Below, piece by piece: positions 29,616 to 39,417 of a stretch of DNA of 64,000 nucleotides (within the stretch, counting starts at the first letter, position 1; the number at the start of each line of letters is the position of its first letter). The notes beneath the pieces are model-generated. The model was not told the origin of the DNA and searched no databases. It saw only the letters and a list, made by a program, of their open reading frames with translations. Location of the stretch: contig CBDDPY010000002.1 in the NCBI GenBank assembly GCA_965232515.1, forward strand, positions 3,488,001 to 3,552,000, read 5' to 3'. The position numbers were made by a program, and so were the translations under genes. This stretch comes from Alphaproteobacteria bacterium. Its GTDB lineage: Bacteria > Pseudomonadota > Alphaproteobacteria > GCA-2731375.

Positions 29616-30206
29616 ATGTCCGCGCCTGGAAAGTCGAATCCCGCCACCAGCCTCGCCGCCGGCGAGTATGCCGCGATCGAGTGGTATTGCACCGAGCAGG
29701 GCATGGATGTGCCGAAGTTGATCTGGTCGCCGGCGCCGGAAAACCTCGAACACAACCCTCTGCGCTTTCTGATGGACTATTGGCAGCGCCTACGGCAGGC
29801 CGACGGCCTGCCCCGCGCGACCGCGATCGACCCCGTCGAAATGCGACCCGCATTGGGCAATGTGATGCTGCTGGACGTCCTGGACGGCGGCACCGACTTC
29901 CGCTACCGCCTCTACGGCAGCAAGATCGCCGAACGCGCCGGATTCGACATGACGGGCAAGCGCGTGTCGGATATCGGCACCAGCACCGCCGTCGCCACGT
30001 TCTTCACCTATGTCTATCAGGCCGTCCTCAAGCGCCGCGAGCCGATCTATACGGAGCACCGGCCACCCGCGGCGATCCGGGTCACCAAATGGTACCGCCT
30101 GATCCTGCCGCTAGGCGACGCGGATGGTGCGATCAACCGCTTGCTTGTCGGAAACATCCCCGGCGATTGGCGGCCATCGCCGGCCACCAACGACACGCGA
30201 GACTAG
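29616..30206 (+). CDS. PAS-domain (PAS_5-like) protein
   Basis: DYWQRLR..GLPRATAIDPVEMRPALGNVMLLDV...FRYRLYGS...RLILPL. Confidence 0.82.
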   Translation: MSAPGKSNPATSLAAGEYAAIEWYCTEQGMDVPKLIWSPAPENLEHNPLRFLMDYWQRLRQADGLPRATAIDPVEMRPALGNVMLLDVLDGGTDFRYRLYGSKIAERAGFDMTGKRVSDIGTSTAVATFFTYVYQAVLKRREPIYTEHRPPAAIRVTKWYRLILPLGDADGAINRLLVGNIPGDWRPSPATNDTRD

Positions 30207-30238
30207 CCAAACCGGCCGCGCCGGCGTCAGGTTGCCGT

Positions 30239-30553
30239 TCAGACCTTGCCGGACACCGCCTGGCTGAGCTCTCGCCCGAGCGCATTAGCCCGCTCCGGCG
30301 TGACGTCAAAACTGACCGCCAATCCAATCCCCAGTCCGCGTACGATCCGCACGTCGAAGCGGCCCATGCCGTCGATCTCGAGCACCGCGCGGCTCCCGGG
30401 CGACAGCGTCAGTGGTGTCATGATGGCAGCGCCGCCCACCGACATGTCCAAGAGCGAGCAGCGATATTCCGCGCCGTCGACCTCGAGGCGGGCATCGCTC
30501 ATCATCGAGATACGCTTGTGCTTCCGCTGGTCGGCCAAGCCGATATACGCCAT
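30239..30553 (-). CDS. Stand-alone PilZ-domain protein
   Basis: QRKHKR (RxxxR) and DMSVGG (DxSxxG) c-di-GMP motifs; GAAGGGGAG RBS. Confidence 0.85.
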   Translation of the reverse strand: MAYIGLADQRKHKRISMMSDARLEVDGAEYRCSLLDMSVGGAAIMTPLTLSPGSRAVLEIDGMGRFDVRIVRGLGIGLAVSFDVTPERANALGRELSQAVSGKV

Positions 30554-30686
30554 TGCCAGCTCCCCTTCCGTTGCCAGCCCATATTCAGCTCCGGCCGACA
30601 GCATGACAGATGGAAGCTTGCCAAATGGTTGACGCGTCGAGGCGCGCGAGAAACCGCCTGGGCGAGCGGTCGTCGGCGCTCGCCTG

Positions 30687-32504
30687 TCAAGCGGACTCGG
30701 CCGGCGGCAGCGCCGTCTCGGCCACCGGCGCCGCAGCGATCCGATCGACCGGAAACCGCACGATGGCGTCGGTGCCCTTGCCGACGCTGCTGCGCAAGGC
30801 GAAGCTGCCGCCGTGCAGATTGACCAGAGAGCGCACGATCGGCAAGCCAAGGCCGGTGCCGCGATGACGCCGCGTAAACGGATTTTCGCCTTGTTGGAAC
30901 GGCTGCTGCACCATTTCGATCTCGGCCTCGGGAATGCCGACACCGGTGTCCGATACGCAGAACTCGTAGCCGCCGTCGTCCAGCGGCCGCGCCGATACCG
31001 TCACGGCGCCCCCGTCGGGCGTGAACTTCACCGCATTCGACAGAAGATTGACGAAGATTTGCCGAAACAGCCGTTCGTCGGCGATCACCGGCGGCGCCGC
31101 CGGCGGCAACGACAATTCGATGCCAATCTTCTTGGCGTCGGCCTTGGTCCTGACGATCTCGACGGTTCGTTCGAGCGCCGGAGCCGGATCGAATGTCGTG
31201 TCGTGCAGGTCCGTCTCGCCGGCCTCGATCTTGGACATGTCGAGAATGTCGTTGATCACCGACAGCAGATGGCTGCCGCTCTGATGGATGGCGTTGACGT
31301 ATTCGCGGTATTTCGACGAACCGAGATGTCCGAACAACTCGCCGCGCATCAACTCTGAAAAGCCGATGATTGCGTTCAACGGCGTGCGCAGTTCGTGGCT
31401 CATATGGGCCAGAAAGTCCGTCTTCGCGCGGCTCGCGAACTCGGCCTTCTTGCGCGCCTCTGCCTCCTGCCGGCTCGACGCGTCGATCGCCGCCGCCATG
31501 GCGTTGAACGACAGCTCCATCTCGCGCAGCTCGCGGGGCTCGTGCCAGCCGATCGAGCGCACCCTGGCGGAGCGGTCGCCGCCGGCCATTTTCTTCGCCG
31601 CCTCGGCAACCGCCTGGACCGGCCGGGTCAGATAGCCCGAGAGTATCCAGCTGACCGCGGCGGCGGCGGCAAAGCCCAGGGCGACAACGCCGAGCGCCGA
31701 GCGGCGGATGGTTTCGGCCTTTTCACGCAACTCGGCGACGGGCTGCGGAATCATCACGCCCCAACCGTTCGAGGCAACGGCCGTGAACCCGGCGATCATC
31801 TCCTCCTTCAGCGCCGGGGAGTAGAAGGTCGCGGTGCCGGTCTCCCGCTGCAACATGCGCCGTACGGGTTCCAGGTCGGACATGTCCCGCATCGTCTCGC
31901 GCCATTCCGGCAGCGGGTGCGCCAGCACACGGCCGGTGTGATCGACGATCGCCGCGTGACCGCCGCGGCCGAAGGCGATGTCCTCGCCCAACTCGATGAA
32001 ATACTCCGTGGTCACGGCGCCGACGGCCAGAAATCCCTCGATTTCGGTCACCAGATACAGTGTCGGCCGGCCGTCGGGGCCCGCCATCACGCCGCTGAAG
32101 CGAACGCTACCGGGCTCCACCAGCTGTTTGAACAGCGCCAGACGCTGTGGCGGCACGGCAACCGGACAGGGGTAACGCTCGTCACCCAGCGAACCGACGA
32201 TGCGGCCGTCCTCCGGCCGGGCGATGCAGAGGTGCCGGAAGGTCAGATTCGACAGCAGTTCGCCCGTGCCGTCGATGGTCTTTCCATGCACGAGATTAAC
32301 GGCCAGAACCCGAAAGCTGGACTTCACGTCGCGGTCGTAGCGTTCCAGCGCCGCGCTGAGGTTCTGAGCCAGCAGCAGATGCCGGTCGGTGACGTTTTCG
32401 AATTCGTTCTGAAGTGCCTGTGAGTGCGGCCAAACGCCGAAAAAGATCACCGGAATGACGGTGACCATGGATAGTGCCGCGAACAAAATATACCGGAGCC
32501 TCAC
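30687..32504 (-). CDS. Cache-HAMP sensor histidine kinase
   Basis: Two TM helices, Cache (AIVDHTGRVLAHP), HAMP, AKTDFLAHMSHELRTPLNAIIGFSE, G-boxes. Confidence 0.92.
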   Translation of the reverse strand: MRLRYILFAALSMVTVIPVIFFGVWPHSQALQNEFENVTDRHLLLAQNLSAALERYDRDVKSSFRVLAVNLVHGKTIDGTGELLSNLTFRHLCIARPEDGRIVGSLGDERYPCPVAVPPQRLALFKQLVEPGSVRFSGVMAGPDGRPTLYLVTEIEGFLAVGAVTTEYFIELGEDIAFGRGGHAAIVDHTGRVLAHPLPEWRETMRDMSDLEPVRRMLQRETGTATFYSPALKEEMIAGFTAVASNGWGVMIPQPVAELREKAETIRRSALGVVALGFAAAAAVSWILSGYLTRPVQAVAEAAKKMAGGDRSARVRSIGWHEPRELREMELSFNAMAAAIDASSRQEAEARKKAEFASRAKTDFLAHMSHELRTPLNAIIGFSELMRGELFGHLGSSKYREYVNAIHQSGSHLLSVINDILDMSKIEAGETDLHDTTFDPAPALERTVEIVRTKADAKKIGIELSLPPAAPPVIADERLFRQIFVNLLSNAVKFTPDGGAVTVSARPLDDGGYEFCVSDTGVGIPEAEIEMVQQPFQQGENPFTRRHRGTGLGLPIVRSLVNLHGGSFALRSSVGKGTDAIVRFPVDRIAAAPVAETALPPAESA

Positions 32505-32905
32505 GAGAACCTCCCTCGGCAGCGTGATGGTCGGGCGGCGGGCCTGCGATCAACCTGCTGGGCGGCTGTCGTTACGCTGCGATCCGAACATCACAACGAC
32601 GAACCAGCACATCGATTCTCAATCGGGCACCAAACGTACCCTACCTCGACACCTGTCATTTGTTTGCATTGCTTTCCCCTTATTCCGGCAAACCTCTGAC
32701 AAATCGCGGGCTTATGTCAACATTTGTCGATTGCCGCGCGCCTTCGCGCCAGCGGCGTCGCCCCGGACGAACACACCCTGGCCGTCGCCTCCGTGCCGCC
32801 CCCGGCGGAGTCGCGGCAGCGTCCGCACGGCCGGTATCATTAATAAAACCAAAACCTTTGTCGGCGACAACTCGGTAGGGGCTCGTTAACGAAGGAACGC
32901 CGGCA

Positions 32906-34117
32906 GTGTCGAATATCGAGGAATTGCAGGCTCGCGTCGTCTCCGCCGAAGCGCGTCTGGCGCTGATCGGCGAGGAACATCAACGGTATAGCGACCGGCT
33001 GGTCTCGTTGATGAGCGTGGCTGAAGCGCAGATCAGCGAACAGTCGGCCGAGGCCGCCATGCGCCAGGCCGCCCTCGACGCCCTGCACCAAGAGAACGAG
33101 CAACTGCGCTCGATGCTGCACACCCTGCTGTTGACCGTCGAGGCCGGCAACGGCAAGGCGCTGGCCGCCACCATGCACGACCTGGAGGCGAAGTTCAGCG
33201 CCATGCTGGCGACGAAGGCCGACGCGGCACCGACGCCCGAAGGCGACGAACCGCCGGCCGCCGTCGAGGCGTCGGATGCCGACACCGAGGCGGACGCGCC
33301 GGCCGACGAGGCGCCCGCATCGGATGCCGACGCGGCCGTGTCGGCGCTCGATGACGCCGAGCCCGAAGCTGCCGGCGTCGACGTCGCGGAAGCCGAAACC
33401 GTTGAGGCCGAGGCTGCGGAAGCTGAGGTGGCGGCGGCCGAAGTTCCGGACGTCCAGGTCGCCGAAGACGATGTCGCGGAAAACGAGCCCCACGCCCCCG
33501 CCGAGCTCGTTGCCGACCCGGAGGAAGCTCTCGACGATACCTTGTCCGACGGCCTTGACGCGACCGGCGACGCGGATACGGACGCCGTGGCCGCCATGGA
33601 GCCGGCCGATGACGGCGATGTCGCCGGCGACGACGCGGTCGCCCTGGCGGACGCCGAAGACGAAATAGCCTTCGAGGAAGAACCGCTGATCGACGAGGCC
33701 GAGCAAACGCCGGCCGTGGATGCCGCCGAGGCCGAGCCGCCCGCAGCGGCGTTGACCGAGCCGACGGCCGAAGAGAGCGATCCGGATGCCATCGGCGCGG
33801 AACCGTTGGCGGACGAGACGCCTGAGACGGCCGAGCCAGCCGAGGCCGATGCGCTGATCCCGGACGACACCGAGCCGGCGGACGCCCTGTCGGCGGATTC
33901 CGAGCCGGCGGACGTCGCGGCCGACGAGCCGGCCGCCGAGGGCGACAATGCCGCCGATGCGTTGTTGGCCATGCATGCCGAGGAAGATCCGCAATCGGCC
34001 GACCTGGGCTTTGCCGACGCACCGCCGGCGGCCGAAGACGAATCGCCGATGAAGCAGATTCTCCACGGCGTGCGCCAGCAACTCGCCGATTCCGACCGCC
34101 CCGCCGCCGTCGGCTAG
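32906..34117 (+). CDS. Hypothetical protein: N-terminal coiled coil, long acidic A/D/E/P-rich disordered region, short C-terminal helix
   Basis: GAAGGA RBS; heptad-like first ~100 aa; about 270 aa dominated by A/D/E/P; ends ESPMKQILHGVRQQLADSDRPAAVG. Confidence 0.75.
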   Translation: MSNIEELQARVVSAEARLALIGEEHQRYSDRLVSLMSVAEAQISEQSAEAAMRQAALDALHQENEQLRSMLHTLLLTVEAGNGKALAATMHDLEAKFSAMLATKADAAPTPEGDEPPAAVEASDADTEADAPADEAPASDADAAVSALDDAEPEAAGVDVAEAETVEAEAAEAEVAAAEVPDVQVAEDDVAENEPHAPAELVADPEEALDDTLSDGLDATGDADTDAVAAMEPADDGDVAGDDAVALADAEDEIAFEEEPLIDEAEQTPAVDAAEAEPPAAALTEPTAEESDPDAIGAEPLADETPETAEPAEADALIPDDTEPADALSADSEPADVAADEPAAEGDNAADALLAMHAEEDPQSADLGFADAPPAAEDESPMKQILHGVRQQLADSDRPAAVG

Positions 34118-34222
34118 CGGAAAACACCAACGTCCGACCGGACGGCCGGAATTCTGGCCGTCCACCGACATCACCTGCTACCCTGCCGCCGGCAACGAGC
34201 GGCAGTTGGTGACGATATCGGC

Positions 34223-35428
34223 ATGACAGCGACCGTGGAAACGGGCGGACGGGACCTGCGCGTGATCGGCTTGATCGGCGCCGGCCATTTCCTGAGCCAC
34301 TTCTACATGCTGATCCTGCCGCCGCTGTTTCCGGTGCTGAAGGCCGAGCTCGGCGTCGGCTACGCGGCGCTGGGGCTGCTGGCCACGACGTTTGCCGTGG
34401 TCTCGGGCGTCACCCAGATCCCGGTCGGCTTTCTGGTCGACCGGTTCGGGGCGCGGCCGATCCTGATCGCCGGTCTGGTTCTCGAATCCGCCGCCATCAT
34501 CGGCATGGGCCTGACCGGCTCCTACTACTGGTTGCTGGTCTTCGCCGCCGTCGCCGGTCTCGCCAACAGCGTCTACCACCCGGCCGACTACGCCATTATC
34601 TCGGCCAACATCGGCGAGCGCCGGATCGGCCGCGCCTTCAGCCTGCACACCTTCTGCGGTTATGCCGGCAACGCCGCCGCGCCGCTGACGATCCTGGCGG
34701 CGCACCAGCTGTGGGGCTGGCAGAACGCCTTGATCGCCGCCGGTTGCGTCGGGTTGGTCGTCGCGCTGGCCATGCTGTTGAACGCCGATGCGCTCGACAG
34801 CAACAATGGCCGGTCAGACGGCAAGCCGGAGGCGACGACGGGACCGGCGGCCCCCAACGGCGCCCGCCTGCTGCTGTCGGCGCCGATCCTTATGTGTTTC
34901 CTGTTCTTCGTCATGCTGGCGATGTCGTCGAGCGGCCTCAGCAATTTCGGCATCGCCGCCTTTGTCGCCGTGTTCGAGATGCCGCTGACCGACGCCAGCG
35001 CGGCGCTGACGGCATTTCTGGTCGGCGGCGCCTTGGGCATCCTGCTGGGCGGCATCATCGCCGACCGCACGACCCGGCACGCGAGCGTCGCCATGGCCGG
35101 CTTCGGCGCCACCGCCTGCCTGATTCTTTTTGTCGGCAATGTCGCCATGCCGATCCTGGTCCTGATCGGCGTGCTCGGCCTGGCCGGAATCCTGCACGGC
35201 ATGATCATGCCGTCGCGCGATATGCTGGTGCGGGCGGTCACCCCGCCCGGCTCGATGGGCAAGGTGTTCGGCTTCGTGTCGACCGGATTGAACGTCGGCT
35301 CGGCGATCACGCCGGCGATCTTCGGATGGATCATGGATCGCGGCGATCCGCAGATCGTGTTCTGGCTGTCGGCGTTGTTCATGTTCGGCGCGCTCGGCAC
35401 CGTGGTCGCCGCCAAGGCCACGCGGTAG
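34223..35428 (+). CDS. MFS transporter (Fsr-like)
   Basis: About 12 TM helices; GFLVDRFGAR motif A; SVYHPA; GGIIADR. Confidence 0.9.
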   Translation: MTATVETGGRDLRVIGLIGAGHFLSHFYMLILPPLFPVLKAELGVGYAALGLLATTFAVVSGVTQIPVGFLVDRFGARPILIAGLVLESAAIIGMGLTGSYYWLLVFAAVAGLANSVYHPADYAIISANIGERRIGRAFSLHTFCGYAGNAAAPLTILAAHQLWGWQNALIAAGCVGLVVALAMLLNADALDSNNGRSDGKPEATTGPAAPNGARLLLSAPILMCFLFFVMLAMSSSGLSNFGIAAFVAVFEMPLTDASAALTAFLVGGALGILLGGIIADRTTRHASVAMAGFGATACLILFVGNVAMPILVLIGVLGLAGILHGMIMPSRDMLVRAVTPPGSMGKVFGFVSTGLNVGSAITPAIFGWIMDRGDPQIVFWLSALFMFGALGTVVAAKATR

Positions 35429-35576
35429 CGGCGAATCTACCTCGATTTGGGAAGAATCCTCGAACGCCATCGTCAGGGTTGAGATTCATTAGGAACAACT
35501 TTAGAAATTCGTGTGACGTATGAGTTGCGTCGTGCGGTCTGCGATGTCGCGGATCGTAATTTTGGGGGTCAAAGAA

Positions 35577-36350
35577 GTGAGCAGTTTAGATCGCATGCTC
35601 GGCTTGCTGTCGCTGTTCGACGACAAACGTCCCGTTTGGACCGTCGAACAGGCCGTCGAGTCGACGAATTACTCCCGCAGCACCGTATATCGCTATTTCA
35701 AGAGCCTTTGCGGAATCGGCTTGTTGGATCCGATATCGGGCGGCGGCTACACACTTGGGCCTGGCATCATTGCGCTCGATCGACGCATTCGAACGCAGGA
35801 CCCGCTGTTGTCACTGGCACAGCCGGTTGCGGCCGGTCTGATGCGGCAGAGCGGCGAGAGCGTTCTGCTGTACCGCACCTATGGCGACTGTGCCATCTGC
35901 CTGCACCATGAGCAGGCGCCGCATGATCGATCGGAGGAGTCGCGCCGCGGCGTCACCTCGCCGATCTATCTTGGCGCCAGTGGCAAGGTGATGCTGTCGC
36001 GCACGCCGACGCGCCGCCTGCGCACGCTGCACCGGCGGAACCAACGGGAACTCGCGGATGCCGGTCTCGGTCAGGAGTGGAGCGAGTTTCGCAGTCGCCT
36101 GCTGACCATCCGGCGGGCCGGCCATTTCGTCAGCCACGGCGAATTGCGGCCGGGACGGATCTGTGTCGCGGTGCCAGTCAGCGACGCGCAACAACGCGTC
36201 GTGGCAAGTCTGTCGCTGTGCATGCCGGCCGAACGCTATCGCGAGGACCGGTTGTCGGTCTATCTGGGATCGCTGCAGAACGCCGCCGACAAGATCGTCG
36301 GCGGGCTCGACCGGCAGATGTCGGGGATCGGGCTGTCGAAGTCGGCCTGA
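35577..36350 (+). CDS. IclR family transcriptional regulator
   Basis: SSLDRMLGLL...RSTVYRY HTH; GASGKVML; IRRAGH..SHGE...CVAVPV. Start could also be 35520 or 35544. Confidence 0.9.
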   Translation: MSSLDRMLGLLSLFDDKRPVWTVEQAVESTNYSRSTVYRYFKSLCGIGLLDPISGGGYTLGPGIIALDRRIRTQDPLLSLAQPVAAGLMRQSGESVLLYRTYGDCAICLHHEQAPHDRSEESRRGVTSPIYLGASGKVMLSRTPTRRLRTLHRRNQRELADAGLGQEWSEFRSRLLTIRRAGHFVSHGELRPGRICVAVPVSDAQQRVVASLSLCMPAERYREDRLSVYLGSLQNAADKIVGGLDRQMSGIGLSKSA

Positions 36351-36422
36351 CCACGGCAACCAGCGGCGCCGGCCAAGGTCGAGCCAATAGCGAACCGGCG
36401 CCCGCGGACGGCGCAGGAAGGG

Positions 36423-37505
36423 TTATTGCCCGTTGGTCGACAGATCGATGTCGGCGCCGACGGCGTCGGTCACCGACGTGTAGCCGTCCGCGCGCACGAG
36501 ATCGGCGAGTTCGCGCTTGATGCGGCGAACCAACCCCGGTCCCTGAAAGATCAGCGCGGTGTAGAGCTGCACCAGCGTGGCCCCGGCGCGGATCTTGCGA
36601 TAGGCGGCGGCGCCGGAATCGACGCCGCCGACGCCGATTAGCGGCAGCCGCCCGGCGCTCGCCCGATAGAATCTGCCCAGCACATCGGTCGAGAGGTCGA
36701 GCAGCGGGGCGCCGCTCAAGCCGCCCTGCTCGTCGCGGCGGCTGTCACGCAGGTCGTTGCGAAGCCCGATCGTGGTGTTGCCGACGATCGCGCCGTCGAC
36801 GCCGACGTCAAGCGCGACCTCGGCAATCTCGACGATCTCCCGCTCGCCGATATCGGGCGCGAGCTTGACAAAAACAGGCGTCAGCCGCGGCGCCTTGCGG
36901 CCGTGCCGGTCCCGCGCCGACAGCACGGCCGACAGCAACCGCCGCAGACGATCGCCGGCCTGCAGATCGCGCAGGCCCGGCGTGTTCGGACTCGAGATGT
37001 TGACGGTGAAATAGTCGACCAGGCCATGCATGGCGGCGATACCGGAGACGTAATCGGCGACGGGATCGTCGCTGTCGCGGTTGGCGCCCAGATTGGCCCC
37101 GACGACGCCCGTGGCCATGCGCCCACGCAGCCGTTCGGCCGCCGCCGCCAATCCATGATTGTTGAATCCCAGCCGGTTGATCACGGCGCGGTCGCGCGAC
37201 AACCGGAAGATCCGCGGCCGCGGATTGCCCGCCTGTGGCCGCGGCGTAATCGAGCCGACCTCGACGAAGCCGAATCCCAAGGCCAGCATCCGCTCGGGCA
37301 CCTCGGCATCCTTGTCGAAACCGGCCGCCAATCCGATCGGGTTGGGCAGATACATGTCGAACAGGCGCGTCGCCAGGCAGGCGTCATCCACCGAACGGTC
37401 GCGCGGCACCAGCCCCAGGGACAAGGCGCCGATCGTCAACCGGTGCGCGGTCTCGGGCTCGACCAGATGCAGCAACGGTAGGGCCGCGCGCCAAAAATCA
37501 GGCAT
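36423..37505 (-). CDS. pyrD: Quinone-dependent dihydroorotate dehydrogenase
   Basis: PETAH, NPIGLAAGFDK, GNPRPRIFRL, NRLGFNN, VNISSPNTPGLR, KLAPD, GGLSG, LVQLYT. Confidence 0.96.
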   Translation of the reverse strand: MPDFWRAALPLLHLVEPETAHRLTIGALSLGLVPRDRSVDDACLATRLFDMYLPNPIGLAAGFDKDAEVPERMLALGFGFVEVGSITPRPQAGNPRPRIFRLSRDRAVINRLGFNNHGLAAAAERLRGRMATGVVGANLGANRDSDDPVADYVSGIAAMHGLVDYFTVNISSPNTPGLRDLQAGDRLRRLLSAVLSARDRHGRKAPRLTPVFVKLAPDIGEREIVEIAEVALDVGVDGAIVGNTTIGLRNDLRDSRRDEQGGLSGAPLLDLSTDVLGRFYRASAGRLPLIGVGGVDSGAAAYRKIRAGATLVQLYTALIFQGPGLVRRIKRELADLVRADGYTSVTDAVGADIDLSTNGQ

Positions 37506-37649
37506 CGGCGCGACCAGATGATCGCGTTCCTGTGTTTCCTCTTCCCTCTGCTTTTGTTCTCAACACGTCACAGATATCGCACCGGACATCCCTGAATTTT
37601 CCTAGTATTTCTTATTATTCCAAGCGACGGCGGTCTTATATAAGGTGAC

Positions 37650-38297
37650 GTGATGCTGACGCACAAGAGCATCTGGGCGGCGATCGATGCTCTCGCCACC
37701 GAGCATGGTCTGTCCGTCTCCGGGCTCGCGAAAAAGGCCGGCCTCGACCCGACCACGTTCAACAAGAGCAAGCGGGTCTCGCGCGAAGGCAAGCCGCGTT
37801 GGCCGAGCACCGAGAGCGTCGCCAAGATCCTCGACGCCACCGGCAGCACGCTGCCCGACCTGGTCACCCACATCGCCCGCACCGGCGACGGCATGCGGTT
37901 TTCCGGCCGGCGCATCCCGTTGATCGCCATGAACCACGCCAGCACGTCGGCCAGCTTCGACGAGCACGGCTATCCGGTGTCCGGCTGGGAAGACGAGATG
38001 GACTTCCCCGACATTTCCGATCCGCACGCCTTCGCCATGGAGATCACCGGTGACAGCATGTATCCGGTGCTGCGCGAAGGCGATTACGTCATCGTTTCGC
38101 CCCAGGCCGATCCCCGCCGCGGCGACCGCATCGTCGTGAAGTCGCGTCATGGCGACGTGATGGCGAAGGAACTGGTGCGGCGCACCGCGAACCGCATTGA
38201 GCTGCGGTCCATCAATCCGGGCTATCCGGACTTCACGCTGGAAGCCGACGAGGTGGCGTGGATGTCGCGCATCGTCTGGATCGGCCAGCAGGGCTGA
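37650..38297 (+). CDS. XRE-type HTH regulator with S24 peptidase domain
   Basis: SGLAKKAGLDPTTFNKSKR...RWPSTES; EITGDSMYP and VMAKEL Ser/Lys dyad. Confidence 0.9.
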   Translation: MMLTHKSIWAAIDALATEHGLSVSGLAKKAGLDPTTFNKSKRVSREGKPRWPSTESVAKILDATGSTLPDLVTHIARTGDGMRFSGRRIPLIAMNHASTSASFDEHGYPVSGWEDEMDFPDISDPHAFAMEITGDSMYPVLREGDYVIVSPQADPRRGDRIVVKSRHGDVMAKELVRRTANRIELRSINPGYPDFTLEADEVAWMSRIVWIGQQG

Positions 38298-38458
38298 TTT
38301 GGCCGGCCGATAGCGCCGTTTCTTAACCAATCGGTCATTGGGATAAACCCAGAATTCTGAAACAAACCGTCACCTCGCCGGGCTGGCGGTCGGGCAGGCC
38401 GCACGTTATGTTGCCGGCAAATAAGCCACGCGCGTTGCGCGAAAATGGAGACGGGCCA

Positions 38459-39304
38459 ATGGACAGTATCTGTTACGTGGACGGTGAGTGGATCGAGGGC
38501 AACCCGAAGTTGACCGGGCCGATGAACCAGGCATTCTGGCTCGGCACGACAGTGTTTGACGGCGCGCGGGCCTTCGACGGCTGCGCGCCCGACGTCGACC
38601 AGCACTGCGAACGCCTGATCAATTCGACCCGCAGCCTGATGATGGAGCCGACCATGACGGCGGCGGAGATCACCGAGCTGTGCCTGGAAGGCGCACGCAA
38701 GTTCGAGAATGGCGCCGAGCTCTATATCCGGCCGATGTACTACGCGTCCGGCGGGTTCCTGCTGCCCGATCCCGAGACGACAACGTTCGTGCTCGCCGTC
38801 TACAAGTCGCCGATGCCCGACTTCTCCGGCATGGGTGTCTGCCTGTCGTCTCGTCGGCGACCGGCCCGCGAGATGGCGCCGACCGACGCCAAGGCGACGT
38901 GCCTCTATCCCAATACGGCGCGCGCCCTGAAGGAGGCGCAGGACCGGGGCTTCGACAACGCCGTGATCCTGGACGCCAACGGCAACGTCGCCGAGTTCGC
39001 GACCTCGAACCTGTGGATCGTCAAGGACGGCATCGCCAAGACGCCGGCCGTGAACGGCACCTTCCTGAACGGCGTTACCCGCCAGCGCACGATCCAGCTC
39101 CTGCGCGACGACGGCGTCGAAGTGCAGGAGACGACCGTCACCTTCGCCGACGTGATGGACGCCGACGAAGTGTTCAGCACCGGCAACTACGGCAAGGTGA
39201 CGCCGGTCATCCGCGTCGAGGATCGCGACCTGCAGCGCGGCCCCGTCACCAACAAGGCCCGCGACCTCTACTGGGACTACTCGAAGACGACATCGGCGCT
39301 CTAA
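38459..39304 (+). CDS. Branched-chain amino acid aminotransferase (class IV)
   Basis: VFDGARAF, LYIRP, AKATCLYPN, GNVAEFATSNL, FLNGVTRQ, ADEVFSTG. Confidence 0.9.
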   Translation: MDSICYVDGEWIEGNPKLTGPMNQAFWLGTTVFDGARAFDGCAPDVDQHCERLINSTRSLMMEPTMTAAEITELCLEGARKFENGAELYIRPMYYASGGFLLPDPETTTFVLAVYKSPMPDFSGMGVCLSSRRRPAREMAPTDAKATCLYPNTARALKEAQDRGFDNAVILDANGNVAEFATSNLWIVKDGIAKTPAVNGTFLNGVTRQRTIQLLRDDGVEVQETTVTFADVMDADEVFSTGNYGKVTPVIRVEDRDLQRGPVTNKARDLYWDYSKTTSAL

Positions 39305-39417
39305 CCGTCGCCGCCGGTTTGTCGGCATCAAACGATCGGTGATATGCTCGTTCCCGATCTGATGGGACCGTGGTCCGGCTGAGTCCACCTGGTCCCGAGC
39401 AGGCCGGGAGACGGGGC

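Noticed and set aside
32840-34174. Long antisense ORFs (Ser/Ala-rich 330 aa and 444 aa)
   Set aside because: Shadow frames of the low-complexity acidic protein on the plus strand.
37650-38297. Prophage repressor marking a prophage
   Set aside because: Flanked by pyrD and an aminotransferase with no phage genes; this XRE-S24 family is chromosomal in alphaproteobacteria.
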